Assembly: GCA_964016885.1 (NCBI GenBank)
Contig: OZ024741.1
Location: forward strand, 160,022,001-160,086,000
Direction: 5' to 3'
Length of the DNA stretch: 64,000 nt
Source of the DNA: Eledone cirrhosa
Taxonomy: Eukaryota
Made by a program: the position numbers and the translations under genes. A model generated the notes under the pieces. It worked only from the letters and a program-made list of their open reading frames with translations. It searched no databases and was not told the origin of the DNA. Below, piece after piece: positions 61,453 to 64,000 of the stretch (the first letter of the stretch is position 1; each line of letters opens with the position of its first letter).

Positions 61453-61904
61453 CGTCGACCTTAAGTAGGAGCAATAACATTAAGAAAGACACGAACGACA
61501 CCACTACTTTCTTTTGGAAATTTTGAATGTAGGTTTATAAGTATGAATTTTTATAAGATTTGCGTAGTTGTCTCTGTGGCATAGCGATAGGTATTAGAGT
61601 TAGAGACGATGGACATCCTTGGCTTGGGTTCAATCCTGGTTAAGAGGTACATGTAATCTTTTTCGGTTTTTATTTTACAACCTATAGAAAAAAATTAAAA
61701 AGGTTTACTGGGAACCCTATTCCCGTCCAGGAACGAACTTCGGACTTGGATCACCACCGCCTATGATTCAACAAGTCGACCAGTGAGACAGCTACGAAAG
61801 TGTAATGAAAATTGATAATTATAAACTAATACAAAATCAAAGTTTAAAAAATGCTGTTTCGTTCATGGCTTTCCTAGAGGTATTAGTAATATTTAGGGTC
61901 GACT
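61453..61904. mobile_element. ~450-bp degenerate foldback element with inverted tRNA-like arms
   Basis: GTCGACC...GGTCGAC ends; CGTAGTTGTCTC / GAGACAGCTACG arms; B-box GGGTTCAATCC; central hairpin near 61678. Confidence 0.65.
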
Positions 61905-63080
61905 TCTGGTCATTATTGAAAGTCTCTGGATTTCGCAAAATACATGATATTTTTTATTGGAGAAGGTAAGATATTTTTCTGCAAAAATTTGATTGCATTG
62001 CTTTGTTTCCACTTATGTATTTTTCGAAAATGTTATTTATTCATTATAAAAATTAAAGGATAGCATTCTATATGTAGGTGGGCCCTCTTCAGATCCTGGC
62101 AGCCAATATTTTTAGACCCAGTCCGCCACTGTGTATATATGTGTGAGTGTGTGCGTATGTGTGTATGTGTGTGTGTGTGTATATGTGTGGTTGCTCTTCT
62201 GGGGCTTATCTGAGGCTTCTATCACAGGACCGCTAGCTTTACTGCTCGGATATAGCCTCTACTCCATATTGTAGCCACTGCCCAGGCCTATCACTAACTA
62301 CAAGACACAGTCCTTCCTCGCCCGAAGTCACCCCACTGTAGCCCCTCACACCAATTGTCCATGCTTTATCTTTCTCCTACAACAGTCAAATAGTAACTAT
62401 TCAATTAGAACATTAACTATATCCATCTCATGTCATTGAAGGTTTACGATGAACCTTTTCAAGATGAGCCAGACTTTGTTGCATATTCAGTGATCACAGG
62501 AGGTCCCTTATAAACACGGGTTAGGCAGATCTCAGGCAGATGTTGAGCTATATAGTCACACTGAAGAATATTTTAACTCACTGATAGAAACAGATATAGT
62601 CAAATAGATAGGTAAATAGGTAGACACACATACATACAGACATGCAGAGAGAGGGGGGGGTGAGAGAGAGAGTGTGTGTGTGAAAGAGAGTGTGTGTGTG
62701 TGTGAGAGAGAGAGAGAGAATAAGAGAGAGATAAATAGACAGAGAGATTTTAAAATAGTTTCAGAATAAACAAGACAAACACAGAAATACAAAAAACACA
62801 ATATCTATATCTATAAATTTATAACTATATATATATATATACATTTGTTTTGCGAGGTTTTCGATATGAAATCGTGTGCAACGAAAGAACTTTGTTAGAC
62901 TATATACATGTGTTTATATCTGTATTTCTGACCGTTGGTCAGTCAATGATATGCATTGAAGACCAAATGAATTAACTGTGGAGATATAAAAGATACAGAA
63001 GCGAAAACCAACCAAACAGTGAGTGTGTTCTGTTATTATTTCTGGCAATATTATTACAACAATATGACCCTCCTCAAGTA

Positions 63081-63143
<63 letters not shown>

Positions 63144-63210
63144 AAGGTTTAGCAAATAATGAAAAAGTTTCAAAATAAATTTTAAAAAGTTGACTTTACC
63201 TACTATAGTT

Positions 63211-63294
63211 ACCTTTACCGATCGGTTTCGAATCCCAAAAATAAAACGGAGACCATACGGCCTTCGTTGCAAAGAAAGATTCTCGTCAGAAGGT
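63211..63294 (-). ncRNA. Type I hammerhead ribozyme
   Basis: ACCTT CTGACGA GAATC...GATTC GAAAC CGATCG GTA AAGGT: intact core, perfect stems I and II, GUA triplet, palindromic stem III loop. Confidence 0.85.
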
Positions 63295-63693
63295 TCTTTT
63301 CATTCAGAGAATATAAAATTCCTGAATTTAAATCACAAACTAGCGCTATCAAAACTGTTCCTGGGATGAGAGTGGATGATGTAGAAACAGGTTTATCAAG
63401 GGCCGTAGCAAAGATAGAGGCAAAAGGAGGTAGGTCAAACTAGCCACAGCTATTGCTAGCAGCAGTCAGAACGACCAAATTTGTTCTCAACATTAGTGGA
63501 GGTAGTAGTAATAGGATATACGTTCCTTCACGCACAAGGCGCCAAGGTACGCATGTATTGTCCAACCAAATGCCAGTGTGGTTCAATGGCGGGTTAATAA
63601 ATTAACGAGCCAGAACAAATATAAACAAGGTTTAGCAAATAATGAAAAAGTTTCAAAATAAATTTTAAAAAATTGACTTTACCTACTATAGTT

Positions 63694-63777
63694 ACCTTTA
63701 CCGATCGGTTTCGAATCCCAAAAATAAAACGGAGACCATACGGCCTTCGTTGCAAAGAAAGAATCTCGTCAGAAGGT
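63694..63777 (-). ncRNA. Type I hammerhead ribozyme (tandem copy)
   Basis: Same as 63211-63294 except for one mismatch in stem II. Confidence 0.8.
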
Positions 63778-63947
63778 TCTTTTCATTCAGAGAATATAAA
63801 ATTCCTGAATTTAAATCACAAACTAGCGCTATCAAAACTGTTCCTGGGATGAGAGTTAATTTATTAACCCGCCATTGAACCACACTGGCATTTGGTTGGA
63901 CAATACATGCGTACCTTGGCGCCTTGTGCGTGAAGGAACGTATATCC

Positions 63948-63984
<37 letters not shown>

Positions 63985-64000
63985 GGAGGTGAGTTTTATT

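Larger units (their letters stand above)
63135..63952 (-). mobile_element. Non-coding Penelope-like/retrozyme unit: partial tandem (483-bp period) plus an inverted terminal segment
   Basis: 63137-63373 is repeated at 63620-63856; 63509-63605 is inverted at 63856-63952; (TA)n on both flanks. Confidence 0.8.

Noticed and set aside
62080-62131. hAT-like terminus CCAGTCCGCCACTG
   Set aside because: No matching second TIR or TSD was found.

Overview
Eukaryotic (animal) non-genic DNA, extremely rich in microsatellites. The repeat content is most reminiscent of a cephalopod (octopus-like) genome, but that is an inference. I can support no host protein-coding gene, rRNA, true tRNA or CRISPR array. 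The first ~24 kb is a stack of non-LTR retrotransposons joined by (TAA)n tracts: Tx1/L1-like elements (gag CCHC + APE + RT), R4/Dong-like elements (RT + CCHC + restriction-like endonuclease, one with an intact 833-aa frame), CRE and RTE 3' fragments, and a tRNA-derived SINE with more than ten copies. The remainder is simple and low-complexity repeat (including a ~7.8 kb GT-rich hierarchical satellite) with small DNA-transposon remnants. The most notable signal is a set of non-coding units carrying type I hammerhead-ribozyme motifs (CUGAYGA...GAAA...NUH with palindromic stem III loops). They occur as inverted or tandem duplications beside (TA)n tracts, which is the architecture of Penelope-like element pseudo-LTRs and retrozymes. 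The best case is a 483-bp tandem hammerhead unit at 63.1-63.95 kb.
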